64,000 nt of DNA, taken from Candidatus Aminicenantes bacterium (lineage in GTDB: Bacteria > Acidobacteriota > Aminicenantia > Aminicenantales > Saccharicenantaceae). This document shows, in pieces, positions 49,530 through 59,045 of the stretch (position 1 is the first letter of the stretch; every line of letters begins with the position of its first letter). The translations under genes and the position numbers were made by a program. The DNA lies in the NCBI GenBank assembly GCA_014360005.1, contig JACIYI010000016.1, positions 54-64,053 on the forward strand, read 5' to 3'. Under the pieces are notes generated by a model. It saw nothing but the letters and a program-made list of their open reading frames with translations, searched no databases and was not told the DNA's origin.

Positions 49530-50495
49530 TCAGCTATGCCTGATTCTTTCAAACCCGGAAACGGTTACCACTTCCAGGGTCTGGCCGGTTTCCTTCTCCA
49601 GCTGGTCCAGCAACAGGTTTAAGCCCAGGGTGTCGCTGGCAATGTGGCCAGCCACTATTACGTTCAGGTTGGCTTTCTTGGCTTTTTCCAGGGCTTCTTC
49701 ACTGTAATGCATGCCAACCAGGGTGCTGATCCCGGCCGCGGCCTGTTTCTCGTAGATATCCCTAGAGCCCTCGGTGCCACCGGTCATGTCCACATAAATT
49801 TTCCCGGCCCGGCTATTTTCCGAACCGGACAGAATCCTGGGCGGGACTGAATTCCGGCTGGAATTCCGGTATTCAGGAATTTCTTTCAGGATGTTCAGGA
49901 CATCTTTCAACCGCTCCGGAGCTTTTTGCTGAAAGAGCTCGGTTAAATATCTGGTAACACAATTATCGGCTGGAGTATGGAGGCAGGCCAGAGGCAGATT
50001 CAGCAGCCGGGCCACATCCGCCGTCCGGTTATGGTTAACCGGAAGGAGCCGTCTTTCAATCTCCCCGATTCTCTTTTCCAGGAGCTGCTCGGCGACACTG
50101 GGTGTCACCCCGAAAGCGCTCAGCAGGTCAACCTGCAGGGCCATGACCTCAGACAGACGGGCCAGGGCCCGGCCAGAGGGATGATGGGCCAGGACCAGGT
50201 CAAGTTTCTTTTTTTGATCCCGGTTCAGGAGGTAGGCCAGCAGGACCTCGGACCCATCCATATCAATACCAGCCAGGATACGGCAGACCTCGGCTTCCGG
50301 GTCGCCCACCAGCACCCGGCTGTCAGCAAAAGGGTTGAACAGCCGGTCCAGGTCAAAATTTTCTTTATCCTCTGCTTCCAGCTTGTCGTATTTTTCTTTT
50401 TCTTCCCGGAGCAACCGCTCTATTTCCTCCCTGGGCCTGAGGTCGTTCTTAATCCCGATCTCGATGGCCAGCCGGTAGAAATCCTTTAGTTTCAT
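49530..50495 (-). CDS. NIF3/NGG1p-interacting factor-like dinuclear metal protein
   Basis: AGID, AHHP, HTPADN, DMTGGTEG, GMH, AGHIASD. Confidence 0.82.
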   Translation of the reverse strand: MKLKDFYRLAIEIGIKNDLRPREEIERLLREEKEKYDKLEAEDKENFDLDRLFNPFADSRVLVGDPEAEVCRILAGIDMDGSEVLLAYLLNRDQKKKLDLVLAHHPSGRALARLSEVMALQVDLLSAFGVTPSVAEQLLEKRIGEIERRLLPVNHNRTADVARLLNLPLACLHTPADNCVTRYLTELFQQKAPERLKDVLNILKEIPEYRNSSRNSVPPRILSGSENSRAGKIYVDMTGGTEGSRDIYEKQAAAGISTLVGMHYSEEALEKAKKANLNVIVAGHIASDTLGLNLLLDQLEKETGQTLEVVTVSGFERIRHS

Positions 50496-51532
50496 CGTTC
50501 CTCCCCTGTCTGAAGATTTATCATATCCCCTGCCGGGTTAAGGTATTTCCAGCTTCTGGAAGCCAAGTGTAAACCTCTAAGGCTCAGTTTTTCAACCCTT
50601 TCCAGAAAATCAGCCGGTGAGGCGGACTTCTCCTGGCTCAAGCGGTAAAGTCCGAGCTGCAACCGGCCCAGCTCCGTGGCCAGGAAGCAGATTTCAGCCT
50701 CCAGGGTTGCCGGCCAGCCCCGGGGCGGTCTGCGGCTGGCCAGGTTCTGCCAGGCAGCCCGCAGCCAGCCAGAAAAACAGGCCGTCAGAAGAAGATAATA
50801 GCCGGCCAGTAAAGATTGAAACTGACCGGGCTCGAGGCTCAAGACAGGCTGCTGATCCCAGTTCGGGCTGGAATCCAGGGGCCAGGCACACCTGGCCGGT
50901 CTTAAAGGAAAATGGCGCTTACTGGGGCCGCAGTCATAAAGCTTGAAGCTTTTAAGTTCGAGCAAGTAATATGATACCGCCTGACAGCTGTCTCTTTTTG
51001 ACTCAACGACTGACGGAATCAGGATTTTTTTTAATGGCAGCCCGCTGAAGACAGGCAAATTTGGTTTCCAGTGCTTTTCCGAGCTGTCGAGGTCAGCGTC
51101 TGTTCCTCCGACCATTAGTTGAAAAATCCTTCTGGCTGGAACCGACAGGAAGAGATGATTGATCTGGTTCGGGGAATTATCCTGGCCCCCCTTGTCCCTG
51201 GAGAGTTTTTGGCACTCTTTGTCTCCCAGCCCGGAAAGTCCCAGGACGGGAAAGATCAATCCCTTTTGAACAGCCAGTTGTAATCCATATTCCGGGAAGT
51301 GAGCAGCCAGCTCTTCCGTTAACCAGACTACCCGCTCAGTTTTCTTATTGCCCGGCCCAAAAAAGGCCTTGTCGCTCTGGCTGCAGCTTAGCAACCGGGA
51401 AAGCTTCGGGATCAGGTCCTTTTCCGGTAAAACAGGTTTATGGCCGGCTGAAGAGTTTCGAGTTCCTGCAGTCAGCTCACGTATTTTCTCCCTGAGCTGG
51501 CAGAGGTTTTCCGGTAAAAAGCAGTCTATCAT
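50492..51532 (-). CDS. Hypothetical protein, weak resemblance to a degenerate acyl-CoA dehydrogenase
   Basis: 346-aa ORF with ATGA overlap into next gene; N-terminal DCFLPE..QLREKIREL and LTEELAA...GLQLAVQ..L patterns. Confidence 0.5.
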   Translation of the reverse strand: MIDCFLPENLCQLREKIRELTAGTRNSSAGHKPVLPEKDLIPKLSRLLSCSQSDKAFFGPGNKKTERVVWLTEELAAHFPEYGLQLAVQKGLIFPVLGLSGLGDKECQKLSRDKGGQDNSPNQINHLFLSVPARRIFQLMVGGTDADLDSSEKHWKPNLPVFSGLPLKKILIPSVVESKRDSCQAVSYYLLELKSFKLYDCGPSKRHFPLRPARCAWPLDSSPNWDQQPVLSLEPGQFQSLLAGYYLLLTACFSGWLRAAWQNLASRRPPRGWPATLEAEICFLATELGRLQLGLYRLSQEKSASPADFLERVEKLSLRGLHLASRSWKYLNPAGDMINLQTGEER

Positions 51533-51597
51533 TTTCAGACCAAATATAGCTGTTTGTGACAGTCAAAGCAAGCCGGCTGCTGGCTCCACTCCGGTAT

Positions 51598-51626
51598 TTG
51601 ACACCAGCCTGGTAATCGAGTAAATT
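51598..51626 (+). promoter_or_regulatory. Sigma70-type promoter, probably leaderless start
   Basis: TTGACA-17 nt-TAAATT, 7 nt before GTG 51634. Confidence 0.6.
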
Positions 51627-51633
51627 TTAACCC

Positions 51634-51900
51634 GTGTTAATCAGATTAATTTTTCTGGCCCTGCTGCTTTATCTTGTTTACCTGGTGGTTCGCTTTTTCC
51701 AGTCGCTGGGGCAGCCGCCCCGGACCAACCGCCGCCAGCCTGATTCCCTGCCCAAGAAAACCATGGTTAAAGACGAAGTCTGCAACACTTACATCTCTGA
51801 GGACGAGGCTCTGAAAGAAAACTATAACGGCCGGGTTTATTATTTCTGTTCTGAGGACTGCCGGAAAAAGTTTCTGGCCTCGAAAAAAAGCACCGATTGA
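51634..51900 (+). CDS. YHS/TRASH domain membrane-anchored protein
   Basis: MVKDEVCNTYI...YYFCSEDC; N-terminal TM helix. Confidence 0.85.
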   Translation: MLIRLIFLALLLYLVYLVVRFFQSLGQPPRTNRRQPDSLPKKTMVKDEVCNTYISEDEALKENYNGRVYYFCSEDCRKKFLASKKSTD

Positions 51901-51907
51901 AAACCGC

Positions 51908-52192
51908 TCAGAAGCCGGAAAACTTTATGGAAAAATCGGAAAATTCATCCCGAAAATCTTCCCAGCTGACCTCCACCTCTTCCACCCGGGCCAGCCGCGG
52001 GCCCCTTTTGAGCTGAAACAGGAATTGTTCCAGCCTGTCCTTCTCCCCTTCGGCCACCACCTCCACCCGCCCGTCGTACAGGTTGCGCACCCAGCCGGTC
52101 ACTTCAAGGTCGCTGGCCACCTCCTGGGCAAAATAACGGAAGGCCACTCCCTGCACCCGGCCAGAAATTAAAGCATGGAATCTGGCTTTCAC
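51908..52192 (-). CDS. acyP: Acylphosphatase
   Basis: [23 protein letters not shown]; GTG 52192 likely start. Confidence 0.95.
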   Translation of the reverse strand: MKARFHALISGRVQGVAFRYFAQEVASDLEVTGWVRNLYDGRVEVVAEGEKDRLEQFLFQLKRGPRLARVEEVEVSWEDFRDEFSDFSIKFSGF

Positions 52193-52276
52193 AAAAAGGA
52201 TTTTACCACAAAGAAATTGCTGGTAAAAAGCCAAAACAGGCTAAAAATATTCCCGATTTTAAGTTAGAATTAGCCT

Positions 52277-53041
52277 GTGAGAAAAACACTGCTGACTGTG
52301 GCCGGGTTTGACCCTTCCTGCGGTGCCGGAGCCACTCTGGACTTAAGGGTTTTTCGCCATTTTGGCTATCATGGACTGGCTGTCCTTACCGCTATTACCG
52401 TCCAGAATTCCAGCCGGGTTTATGGCTACCGAAGTCTGCCGCCGCCGCTGGTCCTCGAGCAATACCGACGGCTTAAATCCGACTTCAGGCTGTCCGGGAT
52501 TAAAATCGGCATGCTGGGCAGTAAAAAAATAATCCCAGTGGTTGGAGAAATTGCCGAAGATAACCGGTCTCTGCCGCTGGTGGTAGACCCGGTCTTCCGT
52601 TCTTCTTCTGGCCGCTGGCTGCTGGAAAAATCGGGCCTCAGGCCTTACCTTAAAGCTCTAAGCGGGAAAATCAGCCTGATCACACCCAATCTCCAAGAAG
52701 CCTCTCTGATTCTGGGAGAAAAAATTGACCGGCTGAAAAAAATGGAGGAGGCGGCCCGCAGTATCAGCCACCTGACCTCATCTGCTTGCCTGGTTAAAGG
52801 CGGACACCTTCAGGGAATGGCCGTGGACGTTCTTTTTGACGGTCGCCGTTTTTACCACTTCCGGAAGAAAAAACTTCAGCTGGAAGTTCACGGCAGTGGC
52901 TGTTTTCTGTCCTCGGCCTTGCTCTGCTTCCTGGCCGAGGGCTGTTCTCTGCCAGAAGCCTGCCGCCAGGCCTCAGCCGCTGTTTATCGCGGCCTGCGGA
53001 CTCCCCTTAAAATAAGCCGCCGTCCCCTTTTTGATATTTAG
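52277..53041 (+). CDS. thiD: Hydroxymethylpyrimidine/phosphomethylpyrimidine kinase
   Basis: LTVAGFDPSCGAG, IKIGML, VVDPV, ITPNLQEA, KGGH, HGSGC. Confidence 0.92.
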   Translation: MRKTLLTVAGFDPSCGAGATLDLRVFRHFGYHGLAVLTAITVQNSSRVYGYRSLPPPLVLEQYRRLKSDFRLSGIKIGMLGSKKIIPVVGEIAEDNRSLPLVVDPVFRSSSGRWLLEKSGLRPYLKALSGKISLITPNLQEASLILGEKIDRLKKMEEAARSISHLTSSACLVKGGHLQGMAVDVLFDGRRFYHFRKKKLQLEVHGSGCFLSSALLCFLAEGCSLPEACRQASAAVYRGLRTPLKISRRPLFDI

Positions 53042-53313
53042 TTGCAGTAGCGAGCTTCAGCTTCCTTATAAAGTCTCATGGCGGCCAATAAAATTCTTTT
53101 TTCTTAGAGCCAGACCCAAGTCATCAAGGCCGAACTATTTATCTGCGAATCTCACCATCTGCCTGGACACCCCCCGTTCCTTAAATCAACCCAAACTGAA
53201 AAATTATCGTCAGAAACCGGACTTAATCCGACAGCGCATTATCCACACAGCTTTTGCTAATGATGATGTCCTGGGGAGGACTTTATCTTAAACAGCCAGC
53301 TAAGAGGTCAGAG

Positions 53314-55635
53314 CTATTTCTGCGGCACCAGTTTTTCTGTTCTCTCCAGCACCCGGCCGACGGCTCCTTCCGAAAAAGCCCAGGGATGGTAAAGGCTGTT
53401 CAGGTAGAGGGAGATCTGGTCCTGGTAGTGAGGACTCATAAAGTGGCCACTCTGTCCAGAAGTAATCACCGCCAGCGATTTATCCAGGTCAGACAGGTCG
53501 ACTATCAGCCGGCAGGAAGCCCCGCCAGTGGTCTCCCAGCCGTCGCCGCTGAAACTGGCCCGGACTGTTGTCCCGTCGCCTATCATCGGGTATTTCCCGC
53601 AATTGAAAAATCCCAGGAACCATTTCTGCCCGAGAACATGGATGTAGTCCAGGCGGTGCAGGGTAGGCCAGTCCCATTTTTCCTGGTTTCGCCCGAATCT
53701 GTGGCGCAGGTAATCCAGGGCTTCGAGCAGGGCTTTCTCGATGATTTCTTCCCGCGTTTCCACCTTCTGAGTTTCCTTGAGGTCAAACCAGATGGAATCG
53801 GGTTTGTCCAGAATTCTTTCCAGTCCGGCTTCCTTCACCCGGAAATACTCGGCAATTTGATGGTAATAAGAGCGGAAATCATCGCTGAAAGTCAGTTCCT
53901 GCAGTCTATCCCAGAAAACCTCGAAGATGGCCGGAGCCAGACCTTCCCGCACCTGGCCCGACCATTGAATCAGGAGTTTCCTGGCTTCTTCGGCCGCCGG
54001 GTGGCTCAGTCTGATCTGGCTGAGGACTTTCTTGACCCGCTCGGACCGGCGAGAATAAACATCGTTCTGAATGGCGATCAGGCTCTCGACCGAATGCTTG
54101 GGCCGGGCGGTGATTAGTTCTTTTATCCTTTCTTCTCTATCCGAAGAAAGCCAGTCATAGCCCAGGTAGTGGGGGTACCCATTTGGAGAAATTTTGTTGT
54201 TGGCAGTTATGATGAAGCCGGAGGCTGGATTGAACTGGTTGGGTTTATCTTCCTCGGCCAGGTAGCCGCTCCACAGGCTATCCTCCTTCCAGCCTGGATA
54301 AGGATAGACGGCAGTTTCTTTTTTCCTGACCGGAATTTTGCCCGAAAGGTAGTATCCGATATTTCCTGAAACATCGGCGTAGACAAAATTCTGAGAGGGG
54401 TTTTCAAAAAGCCTGATCCCCCGGCAGAACTCATCCCAGTTCCGGGCCTTGTTGATCAGGTACAGCCCGGCCACGGTGCTATCACCCTCGTACAGTGTCC
54501 AGTGCAGGGTAATGGGCATCTCGCAACTCAGGAGAAAGGGGTTAATCATCGGGCCTTCTTCCACCCAGCGCACCTTCATTACCTGGGGATCCTTCTGGCC
54601 CCGTATCTTGACTTCTTCCCGGCGAAAGCTGAAGGGCTTCCATTCTCCCTTCCGGAAATATGATTCATTGTCCCAGTTGACCTGTTCCACGTAGATATCC
54701 TGGACGTCCACGTAGGAATTGGTCACGCCCCAGGCAATGTATTGGTTATGACCGATTATCACTATCGGCACCCCGGGTACGGTAACTCCGCTCACTCTGT
54801 AATCGGGACATTCCAGGCTGATTTCCATCCAGATGGGCGGCACCGAAATGTTCAGGTGGGGGTCATTGGCCAGAAACGGCTGCCCGGTTTCAGTCAGCTG
54901 GCCGGAAATCACCCAGTTGTTGGAGCCCATTACCGCTTCCTGACCCATCCAGCCCAGGTTGAGATAATCCAGCCTGACTTCCGGGTCGGGCGGGAAATCA
55001 ATGCCCGGCTCCAGGACTTCCAGACCCCGGCGCCCGGTCAACTTCATGATGTTCATGCGAGGTATTTCCGAGGTCAGGTCGGCCGCCAGGCTCATAGCCA
55101 ATACGTGTTTCACTCCAAGGGTATCTTCAATCCGCCAGGGTTCGGGCCTGTACCTGAGGACGATGAATTCCGGTGGCCAGTTCCACTTGAGGCTTTCCAT
55201 GTAAGCATTAACCCCCCGGGCATAAGCCCCCAGGAGCTCCTTCATTTCTCCAGATAGTTTCTGATAGTCTCTCTCTATGCCCACCGGGATGCCCAGCACC
55301 CGGCTCCGGACATCAAACCGCACTCCCGGCTGACCCAGAATTTCAGCCAGACGGCCATGGGCTATCCGCCTGATTAGCTCCATCTGCCATAATCTCTCCC
55401 TGGCCTGGATGTAGCCGGAAGCCAGAAAGAGGTCATGTTCGTTATCGGCCTTGATGTGGGGAATACCCCACTGGTCCCAGTTAATCATCACCTCAGAACG
55501 CAGGCCAGGAATCCGGGCGCTGTCTTTTTTGGGCGGCAACGATGAGCGGAAGGTAAAGTAGATAAAAATGAAGGCTCCCAGCACCAGGAAAAAGACTATG
55601 ACCAGAATGAACCTTAAGAGGCGAGATTTTTTCAT
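53314..55635 (-). CDS. Penicillin acylase family Ntn hydrolase (peptidase S45)
   Basis: WGIPHI, ERLWQME, G-SNNW autoproteolysis site, LANDPHL, QNFVYAD, GQSGH..SPHY.DQ. Confidence 0.94.
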   Translation of the reverse strand: MKKSRLLRFILVIVFFLVLGAFIFIYFTFRSSLPPKKDSARIPGLRSEVMINWDQWGIPHIKADNEHDLFLASGYIQARERLWQMELIRRIAHGRLAEILGQPGVRFDVRSRVLGIPVGIERDYQKLSGEMKELLGAYARGVNAYMESLKWNWPPEFIVLRYRPEPWRIEDTLGVKHVLAMSLAADLTSEIPRMNIMKLTGRRGLEVLEPGIDFPPDPEVRLDYLNLGWMGQEAVMGSNNWVISGQLTETGQPFLANDPHLNISVPPIWMEISLECPDYRVSGVTVPGVPIVIIGHNQYIAWGVTNSYVDVQDIYVEQVNWDNESYFRKGEWKPFSFRREEVKIRGQKDPQVMKVRWVEEGPMINPFLLSCEMPITLHWTLYEGDSTVAGLYLINKARNWDEFCRGIRLFENPSQNFVYADVSGNIGYYLSGKIPVRKKETAVYPYPGWKEDSLWSGYLAEEDKPNQFNPASGFIITANNKISPNGYPHYLGYDWLSSDREERIKELITARPKHSVESLIAIQNDVYSRRSERVKKVLSQIRLSHPAAEEARKLLIQWSGQVREGLAPAIFEVFWDRLQELTFSDDFRSYYHQIAEYFRVKEAGLERILDKPDSIWFDLKETQKVETREEIIEKALLEALDYLRHRFGRNQEKWDWPTLHRLDYIHVLGQKWFLGFFNCGKYPMIGDGTTVRASFSGDGWETTGGASCRLIVDLSDLDKSLAVITSGQSGHFMSPHYQDQISLYLNSLYHPWAFSEGAVGRVLERTEKLVPQK

Positions 55636-56705
55636 CCTTCACTCCTTGCGGCCGCCCGCGGTCGGGACTCTGCGCTGTCCAGGTCAGATGTTTGAATTAC
55701 CCCGTCAGCTTTCTTGAGGACCGACTCCGGAAAACTGATTCCCTGCTTCCGGGCCGCTTCCTGGTTCACAAAAAATCTAACCCGGTCAATGTACTGGAAC
55801 GGTATCCTGGCCGGGCTTTCCCCGTTCTTGATTCTTATGACCAGTTCGGCAGTCTTGTGGCCGATGTCCTCAAAGCCAAAGCCCATGGAGGCACAGGCCC
55901 CGAATTCGGCTCCGGTGGCAAAAGCGGCGAAAAGCGGCAGCCGGTTTTCAGCTGCCAGCTTGCCGATAACCTGGAAATTGGCGTTAATGGTATTATCAGA
56001 AACCGGGAACAGAACCTCCACCCGATCCCGGAGCAGGGCCTGAACGGCCTGGACAATGTCTCCGGCTCCAGCGATGGGCTGGCTGATTATTTCCAGACCC
56101 AGTTCGGAAGCTGCTTCTCTCATCAACTCCAGGTAATATTCGGAGTTAATTTCAGACGGTGTCCAGATGGTGCCTATTTTTCGGGCCGGCGGTAGCAGCT
56201 GGTGAATCAGGGCCAGGACCTGTCTGATGGGTGCGGTGGAACAGACTCCGGTTACCCTGGGGTTATGGTCTACCGCCGTCCGCCCGGCTCTGACAATGTA
56301 GGGATTGGCCACGGAAGAAAAAACCACCGGCTGCTCACTGGAAGCAATCAGGGCTGCCTGTAGGGCGGCCGTGGAAATCGGTACCAGCAGGTTGGCCCGG
56401 GCCGCCAGGCTCTGGACCAACTCCGGCAGTACCGCCACCTGCCCACCGGCCTGCCGGACGATGATTTCCAACGACTGGCCGCTGCTTTTCTGGTACTCTT
56501 CCAGTTTCTCCTGCAACCCCTGCAGCACCTGGAGAGAGGTGGGAGAATTGTAAGCCAGAATTATGCCCACGGTATATTGGTTCTTAACTTTTTCTGCTTT
56601 CTCCATTTTTTCTTTACAACCTGTTAGCACCATGGCCAGACTGACGACCAGCAGCGAAAACCATAATAAGAGACGCTTGGCTGACAAAGTTTTTCTCACT
56701 CTCAT
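55632..56705 (-). CDS. ABC transporter substrate-binding lipoprotein (ABC_sub_bind/TrpX-like)
   Basis: Lipobox LTG-C; PVVFSSVANP, VTGV, IGTIWTPSEINS, DNTI, VNQEAARKQGI. Confidence 0.85.
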   Translation of the reverse strand: MRVRKTLSAKRLLLWFSLLVVSLAMVLTGCKEKMEKAEKVKNQYTVGIILAYNSPTSLQVLQGLQEKLEEYQKSSGQSLEIIVRQAGGQVAVLPELVQSLAARANLLVPISTAALQAALIASSEQPVVFSSVANPYIVRAGRTAVDHNPRVTGVCSTAPIRQVLALIHQLLPPARKIGTIWTPSEINSEYYLELMREAASELGLEIISQPIAGAGDIVQAVQALLRDRVEVLFPVSDNTINANFQVIGKLAAENRLPLFAAFATGAEFGACASMGFGFEDIGHKTAELVIRIKNGESPARIPFQYIDRVRFFVNQEAARKQGISFPESVLKKADGVIQTSDLDSAESRPRAAARSEG

Positions 56706-56720
56706 TGTTTAAATTAAATT

Positions 56721-57689
56721 TTATTCAGAAAAAACCAATTTTTCCCAGAGACTGTCCTCAATATTACCGCCACTAATGATAGCTACCAGCTTCCTGCCCG
56801 AAAAAAGCTCAGGATAGGAGCGGATTCCGGCCAGCGATAGGGCTCCGGCTCCTTCCACCTGCTGGCGGTGATGACGAAAGCAGATGATGATGGCTTGAAT
56901 GATGGCTTCCTCGGTCACGGTCAGGAGGCGGTCGACATATTTCTGGATAAGTTCGAAGGTTATGGAGTTGTCCTCCAGCCCGCCGGCCACAGCCTCGGCT
57001 ATCGTGGGTTTTTCCGCAAAATTATTATCAAGCCGTCCCTGGAGCCAGGAATGCTTGATAAAAGCAGAATTCTCAGGTTCAATCCCGGTGATTATTATCG
57101 ACGGATTTTTTTCCTTCAAGTAGCAGGCAATCCCGGCAATCAGCCCTCCCCCACCCACCGGCACCACCACTTCTTCCACCTCGGGCCAATCAGCCCAGAC
57201 CTCCAGGCCGCAGGTTCCCTGCCCGGCAATTACTTCTTCATCATTATAAGGAGAAACAAAAACCAGACCCGCGGACCGGGCTTCTTCCCGGGCCAGCTTT
57301 TCAGCCTGCTGGCACGGCCCATCAACCAGATTGAGCTTCACCCCGTAATCCTTCAGGTATCCTTTCTTGACCGCAGAAATGGTCCGGGGGACATAAAGTT
57401 CCAGCCGGAGTTTTTCCTGGCTGCAGACATGGGCGGTAGCCAGGCCATGATTGCCGGTGGAAGCCGCCACCACACCCTTCTGCCGGCAGGATTCCAGGTT
57501 AGCCAGAATCTTATTGCTGGCCCCGCGTATCTTGAAAGAACCGGTGGGCTGGTTGTTTTCCCACTTCAGATAGACTTTAGAGCCAAGCCGGGCCGATAGT
57601 TCCAGCGATTCCGACAGGGGGGTGTTAAGAGCATAGTCCCTGATTCTGACCGAAGCCTCTTCAATTTTTCTGGCGAGCAGCACGTTCAT
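56721..57689 (-). CDS. PLP-dependent threonine/serine dehydratase family protein
   Basis: TGSFKIRGA, ASTGNHG, IAGQGT, VGGGGLI, ISGGN. Confidence 0.92.
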   Translation of the reverse strand: MNVLLARKIEEASVRIRDYALNTPLSESLELSARLGSKVYLKWENNQPTGSFKIRGASNKILANLESCRQKGVVAASTGNHGLATAHVCSQEKLRLELYVPRTISAVKKGYLKDYGVKLNLVDGPCQQAEKLAREEARSAGLVFVSPYNDEEVIAGQGTCGLEVWADWPEVEEVVVPVGGGGLIAGIACYLKEKNPSIIITGIEPENSAFIKHSWLQGRLDNNFAEKPTIAEAVAGGLEDNSITFELIQKYVDRLLTVTEEAIIQAIIICFRHHRQQVEGAGALSLAGIRSYPELFSGRKLVAIISGGNIEDSLWEKLVFSE

Positions 57690-57735
57690 CAGACCTAACA
57701 GGCTTTTCTATCTTCTTTTCATTTATAACATAAAT

Positions 57736-57764
57736 TTGACTCAAGTTTAATCTTAACTTATAGT
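57736..57764 (+). promoter_or_regulatory. Sigma70-type promoter for cobO
   Basis: TTGACT-17 nt-TATAGT upstream of 57808. Confidence 0.5.
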
Positions 57765-57807
57765 TGTAGCCTGGAAATCATCAAGACCTGCCAATGAGTC
57801 ACCGACC

Positions 57808-58374
57808 ATGAAAGCCAGACCCGCTACCGCCAACGGCCGCCGGCCTGAAAGCTTCCGCGGTTACATCCAGGTCTACACTGGCGAGGGCAAGGGAAAAACC
57901 ACGGCCGCCCTGGGGCTGGCCCTGCGGGCTGCTGGCCATGGTTTCAGGACCTATATCGGACAGTTTCTCAAGGGTCAGCCGAGCGGAGAAATTCTGGCCG
58001 CCAGAAAGTTGTCTCCCCTGATTACCGTGGAACAGTTCGGCCGGAAAAAATTCCTGAAGGTGACAGAAGATTTTGAGGAGGAAGATTACCGCCTGGCCGA
58101 GGCCGGCCTGAAAAAGTGTCTGAAAGCCATGCTCAGCGGTCAATACCGGATCCTGGTGCTGGATGAAATCAACGTGGCTCTCAACCTGGGGCTGCTTAAA
58201 GAGAAACAGGTTCTGGAATTTCTCGACAAAAAGCCGGAAGGGGTCGAGGTTATCCTGACCGGGCGCTACGCTCCCGAGTCCCTCCTGGCCCGGGCTGACC
58301 TGGTTACGGAAATGGTCTGCCGGAAGCATTATTATGATAGCGGTGTCAGGGCCAGGAAAGGTATTGAAAAATAG
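57808..58374 (+). CDS. cobO: Cob(I)yrinate/cobalamin adenosyltransferase (CobO/BtuR type)
   Basis: VYTGEGKGKTTAALGLALRAAGHG, QFLKG, VLDEIN, ILTGR, ADLVTEM, ARKGIE. Confidence 0.93.
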   Translation: MKARPATANGRRPESFRGYIQVYTGEGKGKTTAALGLALRAAGHGFRTYIGQFLKGQPSGEILAARKLSPLITVEQFGRKKFLKVTEDFEEEDYRLAEAGLKKCLKAMLSGQYRILVLDEINVALNLGLLKEKQVLEFLDKKPEGVEVILTGRYAPESLLARADLVTEMVCRKHYYDSGVRARKGIEK

Positions 58375-58606
58375 ATTCTGTTCGTAGATTCTGTCCGGCC
58401 AGCTCTGGCCGCATTTAGAGCCCTTTCAGCAGCGGCGTGGCTCCTGGCCTGGTTTCAATACCAGAAACAGCCTCCTCGCTGCTCATGAGCTTGTGATACC
58501 TGCCCAACCAGCCTTTTGATTTTCCTGTTTTATAAACTCACCTTTTCAGCTACTATATTAAATGATTGCCTTATATGGAATTTAAGTCTATGAGCCCAGG
58601 ATTAAA

Positions 58607-58975
58607 ATGAACCTGACCAGGGAACGGTTCCAGCAGCTGGTGGGAGAGGCCATGCGGAATATACCGAAAAGATATCTCCGGCAGATAAAGAACGTGGCCG
58701 TGCTGGTGGAAGATTATCCCCCGCCGGGACAACCCTGGCTCGGGCTGTACCATGGCATTCCGCTCAAACACCGCGGTTCTTATTACGGAAATGTTCCGCC
58801 TGATGTCATAGTGTTGTATAAGATTCCGATTGAGAGCCTCTGCCAGACCGAAGACCAGGTCAGGGAAAAGATTGAAGAAGTGTTGCTGCATGAAATTGGC
58901 CATTATTTCGGGATGGATGAAAAAGAATTAAGAGAAATTGAAAACGTAAGAATGAGAAGAGAAAAGAAGCCTTAA
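58607..58975 (+). CDS. Zincin-like metallopeptidase (DUF1025/Zincin_1)
   Basis: LGLYHG.P, PDVIVLY, LLHEIGHYFG. Confidence 0.88.
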   Translation: MNLTRERFQQLVGEAMRNIPKRYLRQIKNVAVLVEDYPPPGQPWLGLYHGIPLKHRGSYYGNVPPDVIVLYKIPIESLCQTEDQVREKIEEVLLHEIGHYFGMDEKELREIENVRMRREKKP

Positions 58976-59045
58976 ATTTCAAAATGAAAAGCAAAGCTTC
59001 CAAACTAAAAAAGAAATTTAGTAGCAAAAATGGAGGAATAAAGAA

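Noticed and set aside
57690-57807. Cobalamin or TPP riboswitch near cobO or thiD
   Set aside because: Spacers too short and lack the conserved B12-box or TPP CTGAGA motifs
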